Positions 1 through 10,025 of a stretch of 24,000 bases of DNA are shown piece by piece. Within the stretch, counting starts at the first letter, position 1; every line of letters begins with the position of its first letter. The stretch lies in NCBI RefSeq assembly GCF_040549745.1, contig NZ_CP159641.1; one strand, 5' to 3'. The position numbers and the translations under genes are program-made. The stretch comes from Escherichia coli. GTDB lineage: Bacteria > Pseudomonadota > Gammaproteobacteria > Enterobacterales > Enterobacteriaceae. The notes beneath the pieces were generated by a model. The model did no database searches, was not told the origin of the DNA, and worked only from the letters and a program-made list of their open reading frames with translations.

Positions 1-493
1 CTTCAAGCGCACCGTCAACGCCGGGCATGAAACCAACGCGCTGGCCGTCGCCAACAAGCAGGTGGATGTTGCCACCAACAACACCGAAAACCTCGACAAG
101 CTGAAAACCTCCGCGCCAGAGAAGCTGAAAGAACTGAAGGTGATCTGGAAGTCGCCGCTGATCCCAGGCGATCCGATCGTCTGGCGCAAGAATCTTTCCG
201 AAACCACCAAAGACAAGATCTACGACTTCTTTATGAACTACGGCAAAACGCCGGAAGAAAAAGCGGTGCTGGAACGCCTGGGCTGGGCGCCATTCCGCGC
301 TTCCAGCGACCTGCAACTGGTGCCGATTCGCCAGCTCGCGCTGTTTAAAGAGATGCAGGGCGTGAAAAGCAATAAAGGACTGAATGAGCAGGACAAGCTG
401 GCAAAAACCACCGAGATTCAGGCGCAGCTGGATGACCTGGACCGCCTGAACAACGCGCTAAGCGCGATGAGTTCGGTGAGTAAAGCGGTGCAG
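1..493 (+). CDS. phnD: PhnD, phosphonate ABC transporter periplasmic binding protein, 3' part (the recognised protein ends at ...SSVSKAVQ, codon 491-493; the open frame continues to 727)
   Basis: Frame 2 gives FKRTVNAGHETNALAVANKQVDVATNNTENLDKLKT...IQAQLDDLDRLNNALSAMSSVSKAVQ, recognised as the PhnD C-terminus. It lies directly upstream of phnE. No stop follows AVQ; the next codons are gta aat cgt agg. Confidence 0.95.
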
Positions 494-500
494 GTAAATC

Positions 501-588
501 GTAGGTCGGATAAGACGCCCCGGCGTCGCATCCGACAATGTGCAGGCGTTGATGCCGGATGCGGTGCAAGCACCTTATCCGGCCTACA
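501..588. repeat. REP/BIME: two inverted PU/REP units between phnD and phnE
   Basis: gtaggtcggataagacgccccggcgtcgcatccgaca followed by gccggatgcggtgcaagcaccttatccggcctac; matches the REP core and its inverse orientation. Confidence 0.93.
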
Positions 589-602
589 GACCGGAGCCAA
601 AC

Positions 603-1382
603 ATGCAAACCATCACCATCGCCCCACCCAAGCGCAGCTGGTTCTCGCTTCTGAGCTGGGCCGTTGTTCTCGCCGTGCTGGTCGTCTCGTGGCAGGGCGC
701 GGAAATGGCCCCGCTCACGCTGATTAAAGACGGCGGCAACATGGCAACCTTCGCTGCCGACTTCTTCCCGCCCGATTTCAGCCAGTGGCAGGATTACCTC
801 ACCGAAATGGCCGTCACGCTGCAAATCGCCGTCTGGGGCACCGCGCTGGCGGTGGTTCTCTCCATCCCCTTTGGCCTGATGAGCGCCGAAAACCTGGTGC
901 CGTGGTGGGTTTACCAGCCCGTTCGCCGCCTGATGGACGCCTGCCGCGCCATTAACGAAATGGTCTTCGCCATGCTGTTCGTGGTCGCCGTCGGTCTCGG
1001 ACCGTTCGCTGGCGTGCTGGCGCTATTTATCCACACCACCGGCGTGCTCTCCAAGCTGCTTTCCGAAGCGGTAGAAGCAATTGAACCTGGCCCGGTGGAA
1101 GGCATTCGCGCCACCGGTGCCAACAAGCTCGAAGAGATCCTCTACGGCGTGCTGCCACAGGTGATGCCACTGCTGATCTCCTACTCCCTCTATCGCTTCG
1201 AATCCAACGTCCGCTCGGCGACCGTCGTCGGCATGGTCGGCGCAGGCGGGATCGGCGTCACCCTGTGGGAAGCGATTCGCGGTTTCCAGTTCCAACAAAC
1301 CTGCGCCCTGATGGTGCTTATCATCGTCACGGTCAGCCTGCTGGATTTCCTCTCTCAACGGTTGCGTAAGCACTTTATCTGA
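603..1382 (+). CDS. phnE: PhnE, phosphonate ABC transporter permease, full length (259 aa)
   Basis: ATG at 603 ([19 protein letters not shown]...RLRKHFI); multiple hydrophobic segments and the EAA-type permease motif ([24 protein letters not shown]). The frame is uninterrupted. Confidence 0.96.
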
Positions 1383-1402
1383 TAAGCGAGGCATTGATAT
1401 CT

Positions 1403-2128
1403 ATGCACTTGTCTACACATCCGACCAGCTACCCAACACGCTATCAAGAGATAGCCGCAAAACTTGAGCAGGAGCTTCGTCAACACTACCGCTGCGGCGA
1501 CTATCTTCCCGCCGAGCAGCAACTGGCAGCGCGCTTTGAGGTGAATCGCCACACCCTGCGCCGCGCCATCGACCAACTGGTGGAAAAAGGCTGGGTACAG
1601 CGCCGTCAGGGCGTCGGCGTGCTGGTGCTGATGCGCCCGTTCGATTACCCGCTCAACGCCCAGGCGCGTTTTAGCCAGAATCTGCTGGATCAGGGCAGCC
1701 ATCCCACCAGCGAAAAACTGCTTTCGGTATTGCGCCCCGCGTCCGGCCACGTCGCTGACGCACTGGGGATTACCGAGGGGGAGAACGTCATCCACCTGCG
1801 CACCCTGCGTCGTGTCAACGGCGTCGCGCTCTGTTTAATCGACCACTACTTCGCGGACCTCACCCTCTGGCCGACGCTGCAACGCTTCGACAGCGGCTCG
1901 CTGCACGATTTTCTGCGCGAGCAAACCGGAATTGCGCTGCGCCGCAGCCAGACGCGGATCAGCGCCCGCCGCGCCCAGGCCAAAGAGTGCCAGCGTCTTG
2001 AAATCCCGAATATGTCGCCGCTGCTGTGCGTGCGCACCCTTAACCACCGTGACAGTGAAAGCAGCCCGGCGGAGTACTCCGTCAGCCTGACGCGCGCCGA
2101 CATGATTGAATTCACTATGGAGCACTGA
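1403..2128 (+). CDS. phnF: PhnF, GntR/HutC-family transcriptional regulator (241 aa)
   Basis: MHLSTHPTSYPTRYQEIAAKLEQELRQHYRCGDYLPAEQQLAARFEVNRHTLRRAIDQLVEKGWVQRRQGVGV: GntR winged HTH followed by a UTRA-like domain. The tracker start at 1394 is TTG; ATG is at 1403. Confidence 0.95.
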   Translation: MHLSTHPTSYPTRYQEIAAKLEQELRQHYRCGDYLPAEQQLAARFEVNRHTLRRAIDQLVEKGWVQRRQGVGVLVLMRPFDYPLNAQARFSQNLLDQGSHPTSEKLLSVLRPASGHVADALGITEGENVIHLRTLRRVNGVALCLIDHYFADLTLWPTLQRFDSGSLHDFLREQTGIALRRSQTRISARRAQAKECQRLEIPNMSPLLCVRTLNHRDSESSPAEYSVSLTRADMIEFTMEH

Positions 2129-2581
2129 ATGCACGCAGATACCGCGACCCGCCAGCACTGGATGTCCGTGCTGGCGCACAGCCAACCGGCTGAACTGGCA
2201 GCACGCCTGAACGCGCTAAACATCACCGCCGACTATGAGGTGATCCGCGCCGCTGAAACTGGCCTGGTACAGATTCAGGCGCGGATGGGCGGCACCGGCG
2301 AACGTTTTTTTGCCGGCGACGCCACGCTGACCCGCGCCGCCGTGCGCCTGACTGACGGCACGCTCGGCTACAGCTGGGTGCAGGGGCGTGATAAACAGCA
2401 CGCCGAACGCTGCGCGCTGATTGACGCGCTGATGCAGCAATCTCGCCACTTTCAAAACTTATCAGAAACCCTTATTGCCCCGCTGGACGCTGACCGTATG
2501 GCACGCATTGCCGCACGCCAGGCCGAAGTGAACGCCAGCCGGGTCGACTTCTTTACGATGGTTCGCGGAGACAACGCATGA
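2129..2581 (+). CDS. phnG: PhnG, C-P lyase complex subunit (150 aa)
   Basis: [61 protein letters not shown]...; immediately abuts the phnF stop. Confidence 0.96.
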
Positions 2582-3162
2582 CCCTGGAAACCGCTTTTAT
2601 GCTTCCCGTGCAGGATGCCCAGCACAGTTTTCGTCGCCTGTTAAAGGCCATGAGCGAGCCGGGCGTGATTGTCGCCCTGCATCAGCTCAAACGCGGCTGG
2701 CAACCGCTGAATATCGCCACCACCAGCGTGCTGCTGACGCTGGCCGATAACGACACGCCGGTGTGGCTTTCTACCCCATTAAATAACGATATCGTCAACC
2801 AGAGCCTGCGTTTTCATACCAACGCGCCGCTGGTCAGCCAGCCGGAACAGGCGACCTTCGCGGTGACGGATGAGGCGATTTCCAGCGAACAGCTCAACGC
2901 CCTTTCCACCGGCACCGCCGTTGCGCCGGAAGCGGGTGCGACGCTGATTTTACAGGTCGCCAGCCTGAGCGGCGGACGCATGTTGCGCCTTACTGGTGCG
3001 GGTATTGCCGAAGAACGAATGATCGCTCCGCAGCTGCCGGAGTGCATTCTGCACGAACTCACCGAGCGCCCGCATCCGTTCCCGCTCGGCATCGACCTGA
3101 TCCTGACCTGTGGCGAGCGCCTGCTGGCTATTCCGCGAACCACTCATGTGGAGGTGTGCTGA
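2578..3162 (+). CDS. phnH: PhnH, C-P lyase complex subunit (194 aa)
   Basis: [37 protein letters not shown]...; 4-nt overlap with phnG. Confidence 0.96.
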
Positions 3163-4226
3163 TGTACGTTGCCGTGAAAGGGGGCGAGAAGGCGATCGAC
3201 GCCGCCCACGCCCTGCAAGAGAGCCGACGCCGAGGCGATACCGATTTGCCCGAACTGAGCGTCGCCCAGATTGAACAGCAGCTTAACCTCGCGGTAGATC
3301 GCGTGATGACCGAAGGCGGCATTGCCGACCGCGAACTGGCGGCGCTGGCGCTGAAACAGGCCAGCGGCGATAACGTTGAAGCGATTTTCCTGCTGCGCGC
3401 CTACCGCACCACGTTGGCGAAGCTGGCGGTAAGCGAGCCGCTCGACACCACCGGGATGCGTCTCGAACGCCGTATCTCCGCCGTTTATAAAGACATTCCC
3501 GGCGGCCAGCTGCTTGGCCCAACCTACGACTACACCCATCGCCTGCTCGATTTTACCCTGCTGGCAAACGGCGAAGCGCCGACGCTGACCACCGCCGACA
3601 GCGAACAGCAGCCGTCGCCGCACGTTTTCAGCCTGCTGGCGCGTCAGGGGCTGGCGAAGTTTGAAGAGGATAGCGGCGCACAGCCGGATGACATCACCCG
3701 CACGCCGCCGGTTTACCCCTGCTCACGCTCCTCCCGTTTGCAGCAGTTGATGCGCGGCGACGAAGGCTATTTGCTGGCGCTGGCCTACTCCACCCAACGC
3801 GGTTACGGGCGCAATCACCCGTTCGCAGGCGAGATCCGCAGCGGCTATATCGACGTGTCGATTGTGCCGGAAGAGCTGGGATTTGCGGTGAACGTCGGCG
3901 AACTGCTGATGACTGAGTGTGAAATGGTTAACGGTTTTATCGACCCGCCGGGTGAGCCGCCGCACTTCACGCGCGGCTACGGGCTGGTGTTCGGCATGAG
4001 CGAGCGCAAAGCGATGGCGATGGCGCTGGTCGACCGCGCTCTGCAAGCCCCGGAGTACGGCGAGCACGCGACAGGCCCGGCGCAGGATGAAGAGTTCGTG
4101 CTGGCACATGCCGACAACGTCGAAGCCGCAGGCTTTGTCTCACACCTCAAACTCCCCCACTACGTCGATTTCCAGGCCGAACTGGAGCTACTCAAACGTC
4201 TGCAACAGGAGCAGAACCATGGCTAA
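3162..4226 (+). CDS. phnI: PhnI, C-P lyase core complex subunit (purine ribonucleoside triphosphate phosphonylase component), 354 aa
   Basis: ATG at 3162 ([41 protein letters not shown]...); the tracker's 3042 start is upstream inside phnH. Confidence 0.96.
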   Translation: MYVAVKGGEKAIDAAHALQESRRRGDTDLPELSVAQIEQQLNLAVDRVMTEGGIADRELAALALKQASGDNVEAIFLLRAYRTTLAKLAVSEPLDTTGMRLERRISAVYKDIPGGQLLGPTYDYTHRLLDFTLLANGEAPTLTTADSEQQPSPHVFSLLARQGLAKFEEDSGAQPDDITRTPPVYPCSRSSRLQQLMRGDEGYLLALAYSTQRGYGRNHPFAGEIRSGYIDVSIVPEELGFAVNVGELLMTECEMVNGFIDPPGEPPHFTRGYGLVFGMSERKAMAMALVDRALQAPEYGEHATGPAQDEEFVLAHADNVEAAGFVSHLKLPHYVDFQAELELLKRLQQEQNHG

Positions 4227-5064
4227 TCTGAGCGGCTACAACTTTGCCTACCTCGACGAGCAGACCAAACGCATGATCCGCCGCGCCATCTTAAAAGCGG
4301 TGGCGATCCCCGGTTATCAGGTGCCGTTTGGCGGGCGCGAGATGCCGATGCCGTACGGCTGGGGAACCGGCGGCATTCAGCTTACCGCCAGCGTGATTGG
4401 CGAAAGCGACGTGCTGAAGGTGATTGACCAGGGCGCGGATGACACCACCAACGCCGTGTCGATTCGCAACTTCTTCAAGCGCGTGACCGGGGTAAACACC
4501 ACGGAACGTACGGACGATGCGACGGTTATCCAGACGCGTCACCGCATCCCCGAAACGCCGCTGACCGAAGATCAGATAATTATCTTCCAGGTGCCAATCC
4601 CCGAGCCGCTGCGCTTTATCGAGCCGCGCGAAACGGAAACCCGCACCATGCACGCGCTGGAAGAGTACGGCGTGATGCAGGTGAAACTGTATGAAGATAT
4701 CGCCCGCTTCGGTCATATCGCCACCACCTACGCCTATCCGGTGAAGGTAAATGGGCGCTACGTGATGGACCCGTCGCCGATCCCGAAATTCGATAACCCA
4801 AAAATGGACATGATGCCCGCCCTGCAACTGTTCGGCGCGGGGCGCGAGAAGCGCATCTATGCGGTGCCGCCGTTTACCCGCGTGGAAAGTCTCGATTTCG
4901 ACGATCACCCGTTCACCGTTCAGCAGTGGGATGAGCCATGCGCCATCTGCGGATCGACCCACAGCTATCTTGATGAAGTGGTGCTGGATGACGCCGGAAA
5001 CCGCATGTTTGTCTGCTCCGATACCGATTATTGCCGCCAACAGAGCGAGGCAAAAAACCAATGA
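4219..5064 (+). CDS. phnJ: PhnJ, radical-SAM C-P lyase (281 aa)
   Basis: ATG at 4219 (MANLSGYNFAYLDEQTKRMIRRAILKAVAIPGYQVPFGGREMPMPYGWGTGG...); the C-terminal Cys cluster CAICG...FVCSDTDYC is present. The 8-nt overlap with phnI is canonical. Confidence 0.97.
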   Translation: MANLSGYNFAYLDEQTKRMIRRAILKAVAIPGYQVPFGGREMPMPYGWGTGGIQLTASVIGESDVLKVIDQGADDTTNAVSIRNFFKRVTGVNTTERTDDATVIQTRHRIPETPLTEDQIIIFQVPIPEPLRFIEPRETETRTMHALEEYGVMQVKLYEDIARFGHIATTYAYPVKVNGRYVMDPSPIPKFDNPKMDMMPALQLFGAGREKRIYAVPPFTRVESLDFDDHPFTVQQWDEPCAICGSTHSYLDEVVLDDAGNRMFVCSDTDYCRQQSEAKNQ

Positions 5065-5819
5065 ATCAACCGTTACTTTCGGTCAATAACCTGACCCACC
5101 TTTACGCGCCGGGCAAAGGCTTTAGCGATGTCTCTTTTGATTTATGGCCGGGGGAAGTGCTGGGCATTGTCGGGGAATCCGGCTCCGGGAAGACCACGCT
5201 GCTGAAGTCGATCTCCGCGCGCCTGACGCCGCAGCAGGGGGAAATTCACTACGAGAACCGTTCGCTGTATGCAATGAGCGAGGCCGACCGCCGTCGCCTG
5301 CTGCGTACCGAATGGGGCGTGGTGCATCAGCATCCACTCGACGGCCTGCGCCGCCAGGTGTCGGCAGGCGGCAATATCGGCGAGCGGCTGATGGCGACCG
5401 GGGCACGTCATTACGGCGATATTCGTGCCACCGCGCAGAAGTGGCTGGAAGAGGTGGAGATTCCCGCCAACCGGATCGACGACCTGCCGACCACCTTTTC
5501 CGGCGGTATGCAGCAGCGTTTGCAGATTGCCCGCAACCTGGTGACGCATCCGAAGCTGGTGTTTATGGATGAACCGACCGGCGGGCTGGATGTGTCGGTG
5601 CAGGCCCGCCTGCTCGACCTGCTGCGCGGCCTGGTGGTGGAGCTGAACCTCGCGGTGGTGATTGTCACCCATGATTTAGGCGTCGCCCGCCTGCTGGCGG
5701 ACCGTTTGCTGGTGATGAAGCAGGGGCAAGTGGTGGAGAGTGGGTTAACCGACCGCGTGCTCGACGACCCGCATCATCCGTATACACAGCTGCTGGTGTC
5801 ATCGGTTTTGCAGAATTGA
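5061..5819 (+). CDS. phnK: PhnK, ABC-type ATPase of the C-P lyase system (252 aa)
   Basis: Walker [10 protein letters not shown], signature [15 protein letters not shown], Walker [13 protein letters not shown]. Confidence 0.96.
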
Positions 5820-5825
5820 GCCGGT

Positions 5826-5910
<85 letters not shown>

Positions 5911-5929
5911 CCGAACCACGAGGCGAAAA

Positions 5930-6610
5930 ATGATTAACGTACAAAACGTCAGTAAAACCTTCATCCTGCACCAGCAAAACGGCGTGCGCCTGCCCGTCCT
6001 CAATCGCGCCTCGCTCACCGTCAACGCGGGCGAATGCGTGGTGCTCCACGGCCATTCCGGCAGCGGCAAATCAACTCTGCTACGCTCGCTGTACGCCAAC
6101 TATCTACCCGACGAAGGTCAAATCCAGATCAAACACGGTGACGAGTGGGTAGACCTGGTCACCGCGCCAGCGCGCAAAGTGGTGGAAATCCGCAAAACCA
6201 CCGTCGGCTGGGTGAGCCAGTTTCTGCGCGTCATCCCGCGTATCTCAGCACTGGAAGTGGTGATGCAGCCGCTGCTCGATACCGGCGTTCCGCGTGAAGC
6301 CTGCGCCGCTAAAGCCGCGCGTCTTCTCACCCGCCTGAACGTGCCGGAACGCCTGTGGCACCTGGCACCATCGACATTTTCCGGTGGCGAACAGCAGCGC
6401 GTCAACATCGCCCGCGGCTTTATCGTCGACTACCCCATTCTGCTGCTTGACGAACCTACCGCCTCGCTGGACGCCAAAAACAGCGCCGCGGTGGTGGAAC
6501 TGATTCGCGAAGCCAAAACCCGTGGCGCAGCCATCGTAGGCATCTTCCATGACGAAGCTGTACGTAATGACGTCGCCGACCGCCTGCACCCAATGGGAGC
6601 CTCTTCATGA
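5930..6610 (+). CDS. phnL: PhnL, ABC-type ATPase of the C-P lyase system (226 aa)
   Basis: ATG at 5930 ([24 protein letters not shown]...), Walker [10 protein letters not shown], signature [15 protein letters not shown], Walker [12 protein letters not shown]. Confidence 0.96.
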
Positions 6611-7743
6611 TTATCAATAACGTTAAGCTGGTGCTGGAAAACGAGGTGGTAAGCGGTTCGCTGGAGGTGCAGAACGGCGAAATCCGCGCCTTTGCCGAAA
6701 GCCAGAGCCGCCTGCCGGAGGCGATGGACGGCGAAGGCGGCTGGCTGCTGCCGGGGCTGATTGAGCTGCATACCGATAATCTGGATAAATTCTTCACCCC
6801 GCGCCCGAAAGTTGACTGGCCTGCCCACTCGGCGATGAGCAGCCACGACGCGCTGATGGTGGCGAGCGGCATCACCACCGTACTGGATGCCGTGGCAATT
6901 GGCGACGTGCGCGACGGCGGCGATCGGCTGGAGAATCTGGAGAAGATGATCAACGCCATCGAAGAGACGCAGAAACGCGGCGTCAACCGCGCCGAGCACC
7001 GTCTGCATCTGCGCTGCGAACTGCCGCATCACACCACGCTGCCGCTGTTTGAAAAACTGGTGCAGCGCGAGCCGGTGACGCTGGTGTCGCTGATGGACCA
7101 CTCGCCGGGCCAGCGCCAGTTCGCCAACCGCGAGAAGTATCGCGAATATTATCAGGGCAAATACTCCCTCACTGATGCGCAGATGCAGCAGTACGAAGAA
7201 GAGCAACTGGCGCTCGCCGCACGCTGGTCGCAGCCGAATCGCGAATCCATCGCCGCCCTGTGCCGCGCGCGAAAAATTGCGCTTGCCAGCCACGATGACG
7301 CCACCCACGCCCACGTTGCTGAATCTCACCAGCTTGGCAGCGTGATCGCCGAATTTCCCACCACGTTCGAAGCGGCGGAAGCCTCGCGCAAGCATGGCAT
7401 GAACGTGCTGATGGGCGCGCCGAATATTGTGCGCGGCGGCTCGCACTCCGGCAACGTGGCGGCCAGTGAACTGGCGCAGCTTGGCCTGCTGGATATCCTC
7501 TCTTCCGACTACTACCCCGCCAGCCTGCTCGATGCGGCATTTCGCGTCGCCGATGACGAGAGCAACCGCTTTACGCTGCCGCAGGCGGTGAAGCTGGTGA
7601 CTAAAAATCCAGCGCAGGCGCTTAATCTCCAGGATCGCGGGGTGATTGGCGAGGGCAAACGCGCCGACCTGGTGCTGGCGCATCGCAAGGACAATCATAT
7701 TCATATCGACCACGTCTGGCGTCAGGGTAAAAGGGTGTTCTGA
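6607..7743 (+). CDS. phnM: PhnM, alpha-D-ribose 1-methylphosphonate 5-triphosphate diphosphatase (amidohydrolase family, 378 aa)
   Basis: [21 protein letters not shown]...[16 protein letters not shown]...; 4-nt overlap with phnL. Confidence 0.96.
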
Positions 7744-8300
7744 TGATGGGAAAACTGATTTGGTTAATGGGGCCGTCCGGCTCCGGGAAAGACAGCCTGC
7801 TGGCGGAACTCCGCCTGCGGGAACAAACTCAGTTACTGGTGGCGCATCGCTACATCACGCGCGATGCCAGCGCCGGAAGTGAAAACCATATCGCCCTGAG
7901 CGAGCAGGAGTTTTTTACCCGCGCGGGGCAAAATCTGTTGGCCTTAAGCTGGCACGCTAACGGTCTGTATTATGGCGTCGGCGTCGAGATTGATCTCTGG
8001 CTGCACGCCGGATTCGACGTGCTGGTCAACGGCTCACGCGCCCATCTGCCGCAGGCGCGGGCGCGCTATCAATCGGCGCTGCTGCCCGTCTGTTTACAGG
8101 TTTCGCCGGAGATCCTCCGCCAGCGCCTGGAAAACCGTGGCCGTGAAAACGCCAGTGAAATTAACGCCCGCCTGGCGCGCGCCGCCCGCTATACTCCACA
8201 GGATTGCCATACGCTCAACAATGACGGCAGCCTGCGCCAGTCGGTCGACACGCTGCTGACGCTGATCCATCAGAAGGAGAAACACCATGCCTGCTTGTGA
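7743..8300 (+). CDS. phnN: PhnN, ribose 1,5-bisphosphate phosphokinase (185 aa)
   Basis: [28 protein letters not shown]...; P-loop GPSGSGKD. Confidence 0.96.
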
Positions 8301-8721
8301 GCTTCGCCCGGCCACGCAGTACGACACCGACGCGGTTTACGCGCTGATTTGTGAGCTAAAACAGGCGGAGTTTGACCACCACGCGTTTCGCGTGGGTTTT
8401 AACGCCAATCTGCGCGACCCAAACATGCGCTACCATCTGGCGCTGCTTGATGGCGAAGTTGTCGGCATGATCGGCCTGCATTTGCAGTTTCATCTGCATC
8501 ATGTCAACTGGATCGGCGAAATTCAGGAGTTGGTGGTAATGCCGCAGGCGCGCGGTCTGAACGTCGGCAGTAAGTTACTGGCGTGGGCAGAAGAAGAAGC
8601 CCGCCAGGCCGGGGCCGAAATGACCGAACTTTCGACCAACGTGAAGCGCCACGACGCGCACCGTTTCTATCTGCGCGAAGGCTACGAGCAGAGCCACTTC
8701 CGCTTCACCAAGGCGCTGTAA
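8287..8721 (+). CDS. phnO: PhnO, aminoalkylphosphonate N-acetyltransferase (GNAT, 144 aa)
   Basis: [38 protein letters not shown]...[29 protein letters not shown]; GNAT acetyl-CoA binding motif; 14-nt overlap with phnN. Confidence 0.95.
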
Positions 8722-8722
8722 C

Positions 8723-9481
8723 ATGAGCCTGCCCCTCACGCTCACCGGCACCGGCGGCGCACAGGGCGTTCCGGCATGGGGCTGCGAGTGTGCGGCCTGC
8801 GCCAGAGCGCGGCGCTCGCCGCAGTATCGCCGCCAACCGTGCAGCGGCGTAGTGAAGTTTAACGACGCAATCACCCTGATCGACGCCGGGCTGCACGATC
8901 TCGCCGATCGCTGGTCGCCCGGATCGTTCCAGCAGTTTTTGCTGACGCATTATCATATGGATCACGTCCAGGGGCTGTTTCCGCTGCGCTGGGGCGTTGG
9001 CGATCCGATCCCGGTTTACGGCCCGCCGGATGAACAGGGCTGCGACGATCTGTTTAAACATCCGGGCCTGCTTGATTTCAGCCACACGGTGGAACCGTTT
9101 GTGGTGTTTGATTTGCAGGGGTTACAGGTCACGCCCCTGCCGCTCAACCACTCAAAACTGACCTTCGGTTATCTGCTGGAAACGGCACACAGCCGGGTGG
9201 CGTGGCTGTCTGACACCGCAGGCTTGCCGGAAAAAACGCTGAAATTTTTACGCAATAATCAGCCGCAGGTAATGGTGATGGATTGCAGTCACCCGCCGCG
9301 CGCGGATGCACCGCGTAATCACTGTGATTTAAATACCGTGCTTGCGCTGAATCAGGTTATCCGCTCGCCACGGGTGATTCTGACCCATATCAGCCACCAG
9401 TTTGATGCGTGGCTGATGGAAAACGCACTACCGTCAGGGTTTGAGGTGGGGTTTGATGGGATGGAGATTGGGGTGGCGTGA
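8723..9481 (+). CDS. phnP: PhnP, 5-phosphoribosyl 1,2-cyclic phosphate phosphodiesterase (metallo-beta-lactamase fold, 252 aa)
   Basis: [32 protein letters not shown]... with [12 protein letters not shown] metal-binding motif. Confidence 0.96.
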   Translation: MSLPLTLTGTGGAQGVPAWGCECAACARARRSPQYRRQPCSGVVKFNDAITLIDAGLHDLADRWSPGSFQQFLLTHYHMDHVQGLFPLRWGVGDPIPVYGPPDEQGCDDLFKHPGLLDFSHTVEPFVVFDLQGLQVTPLPLNHSKLTFGYLLETAHSRVAWLSDTAGLPEKTLKFLRNNQPQVMVMDCSHPPRADAPRNHCDLNTVLALNQVIRSPRVILTHISHQFDAWLMENALPSGFEVGFDGMEIGVA

Positions 9482-9503
9482 TGAGAGGGAATGTGCGCGC
9501 TGG

Positions 9504-9605
9504 CCCCCTCACCCTAACCCTCTCCCCAGAGGGGCGAGGGGACCGATTGTGCTCGATATTGAATATTGCGCTCGTTTTCTCCCTCTCCCCATTGGGGTGA
9601 GGGGC
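9504..9605. repeat. Paired GC-rich imperfect palindromes (box C-like / extragenic repeat) between the convergent phnP and yjdP genes
   Basis: cccctcaccctaaccctctccccagaggggcgagggg ... ctccctctccccattggggtgagggg. Each half can form a hairpin, and the outer arms cccctcaccc/gggtgagggg are inverted relative to each other. Confidence 0.7.
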
Positions 9606-9627
9606 GATGCCTGCTCCATACCCAACC

Positions 9628-9957
9628 TCATCGCCCATACTCATCTTCCATTCTCCGCTCTTCATCCTCCAGTTGCCGACGCTCCTGATCAAGCTGGCGC
9701 TGGCGATCGTCCAGCTGCCTGCGGCGATCTTCAAACTGGCGGCGGCGGTCGTCATATTGTCTGCGCCGATCGTCGCTCACTTCACGCTGCCAGCCGTCGT
9801 CGCGCGAATCTTCATAGTCTCGCCCACGGTCAGGGTTATAAGCGTCATTAATCGCCTGCTGAATATTGCCAATGGTGTCGTCGATAATATCGGCCTGGGC
9901 CGGAACGGTGGACAGCGTGAGCAGGGTGAATAAAAGAAATAGCGGAAAGCGTTTCAT
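9628..9957 (-). CDS. yjdP: YjdP family protein, secreted/periplasmic with N-terminal signal peptide and charged C-terminal repeats (109 aa)
   Basis: MKRFPLFLLFTLLTLSTVPAQADIIDDTIGNIQQAINDAYNPDRG...; signal peptide followed by DDRRRQ-type heptads; canonical position next to rpiB. Confidence 0.9.
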   Translation of the reverse strand: MKRFPLFLLFTLLTLSTVPAQADIIDDTIGNIQQAINDAYNPDRGRDYEDSRDDGWQREVSDDRRRQYDDRRRQFEDRRRQLDDRQRQLDQERRQLEDEERRMEDEYGR

Positions 9958-10025
9958 TAGCCAACCTCAAAAAGAAACTCTATCCACATTAATCATTACT
10001 CATCCATGCAAGTAGTGGATGAATC

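Noticed and set aside
501-588. Possible sRNA or attenuator between phnD and phnE
   Set aside because: The sequence is a standard REP pair; no promoter or T-tract supports a discrete RNA.
3042-3161. N-terminal extension of the phnI ORF
   Set aside because: Lies entirely inside phnH; the ATG at 3162 gives the standard 354-aa PhnI.
4291-5061. Minus-strand 256-aa ORF antisense to phnJ
   Set aside because: Shadow of a highly conserved radical-SAM gene; no start context or motif support.
7169-7540. Minus-strand 123-aa ORF within phnM, with similar small ORFs across phn and als genes
   Set aside because: Arg/Ser/Ala-rich alternative-frame translations, typical spurious ORFs.
6430-7713. Minus-strand 427-aa ORF antisense to phnL/phnM
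   Set aside because: It lies wholly opposite well-recognised genes in high-GC sequence; composition (low-complexity H/R/A/Q-rich) is typical of an antisense shadow ORF.
9631-9774. Possible CRISPR-like array because of regular about 21-nt repeats
   Set aside because: The periodicity is contiguous, coding, and explained by heptad repeats in YjdP; there are no spacers of consistent length.
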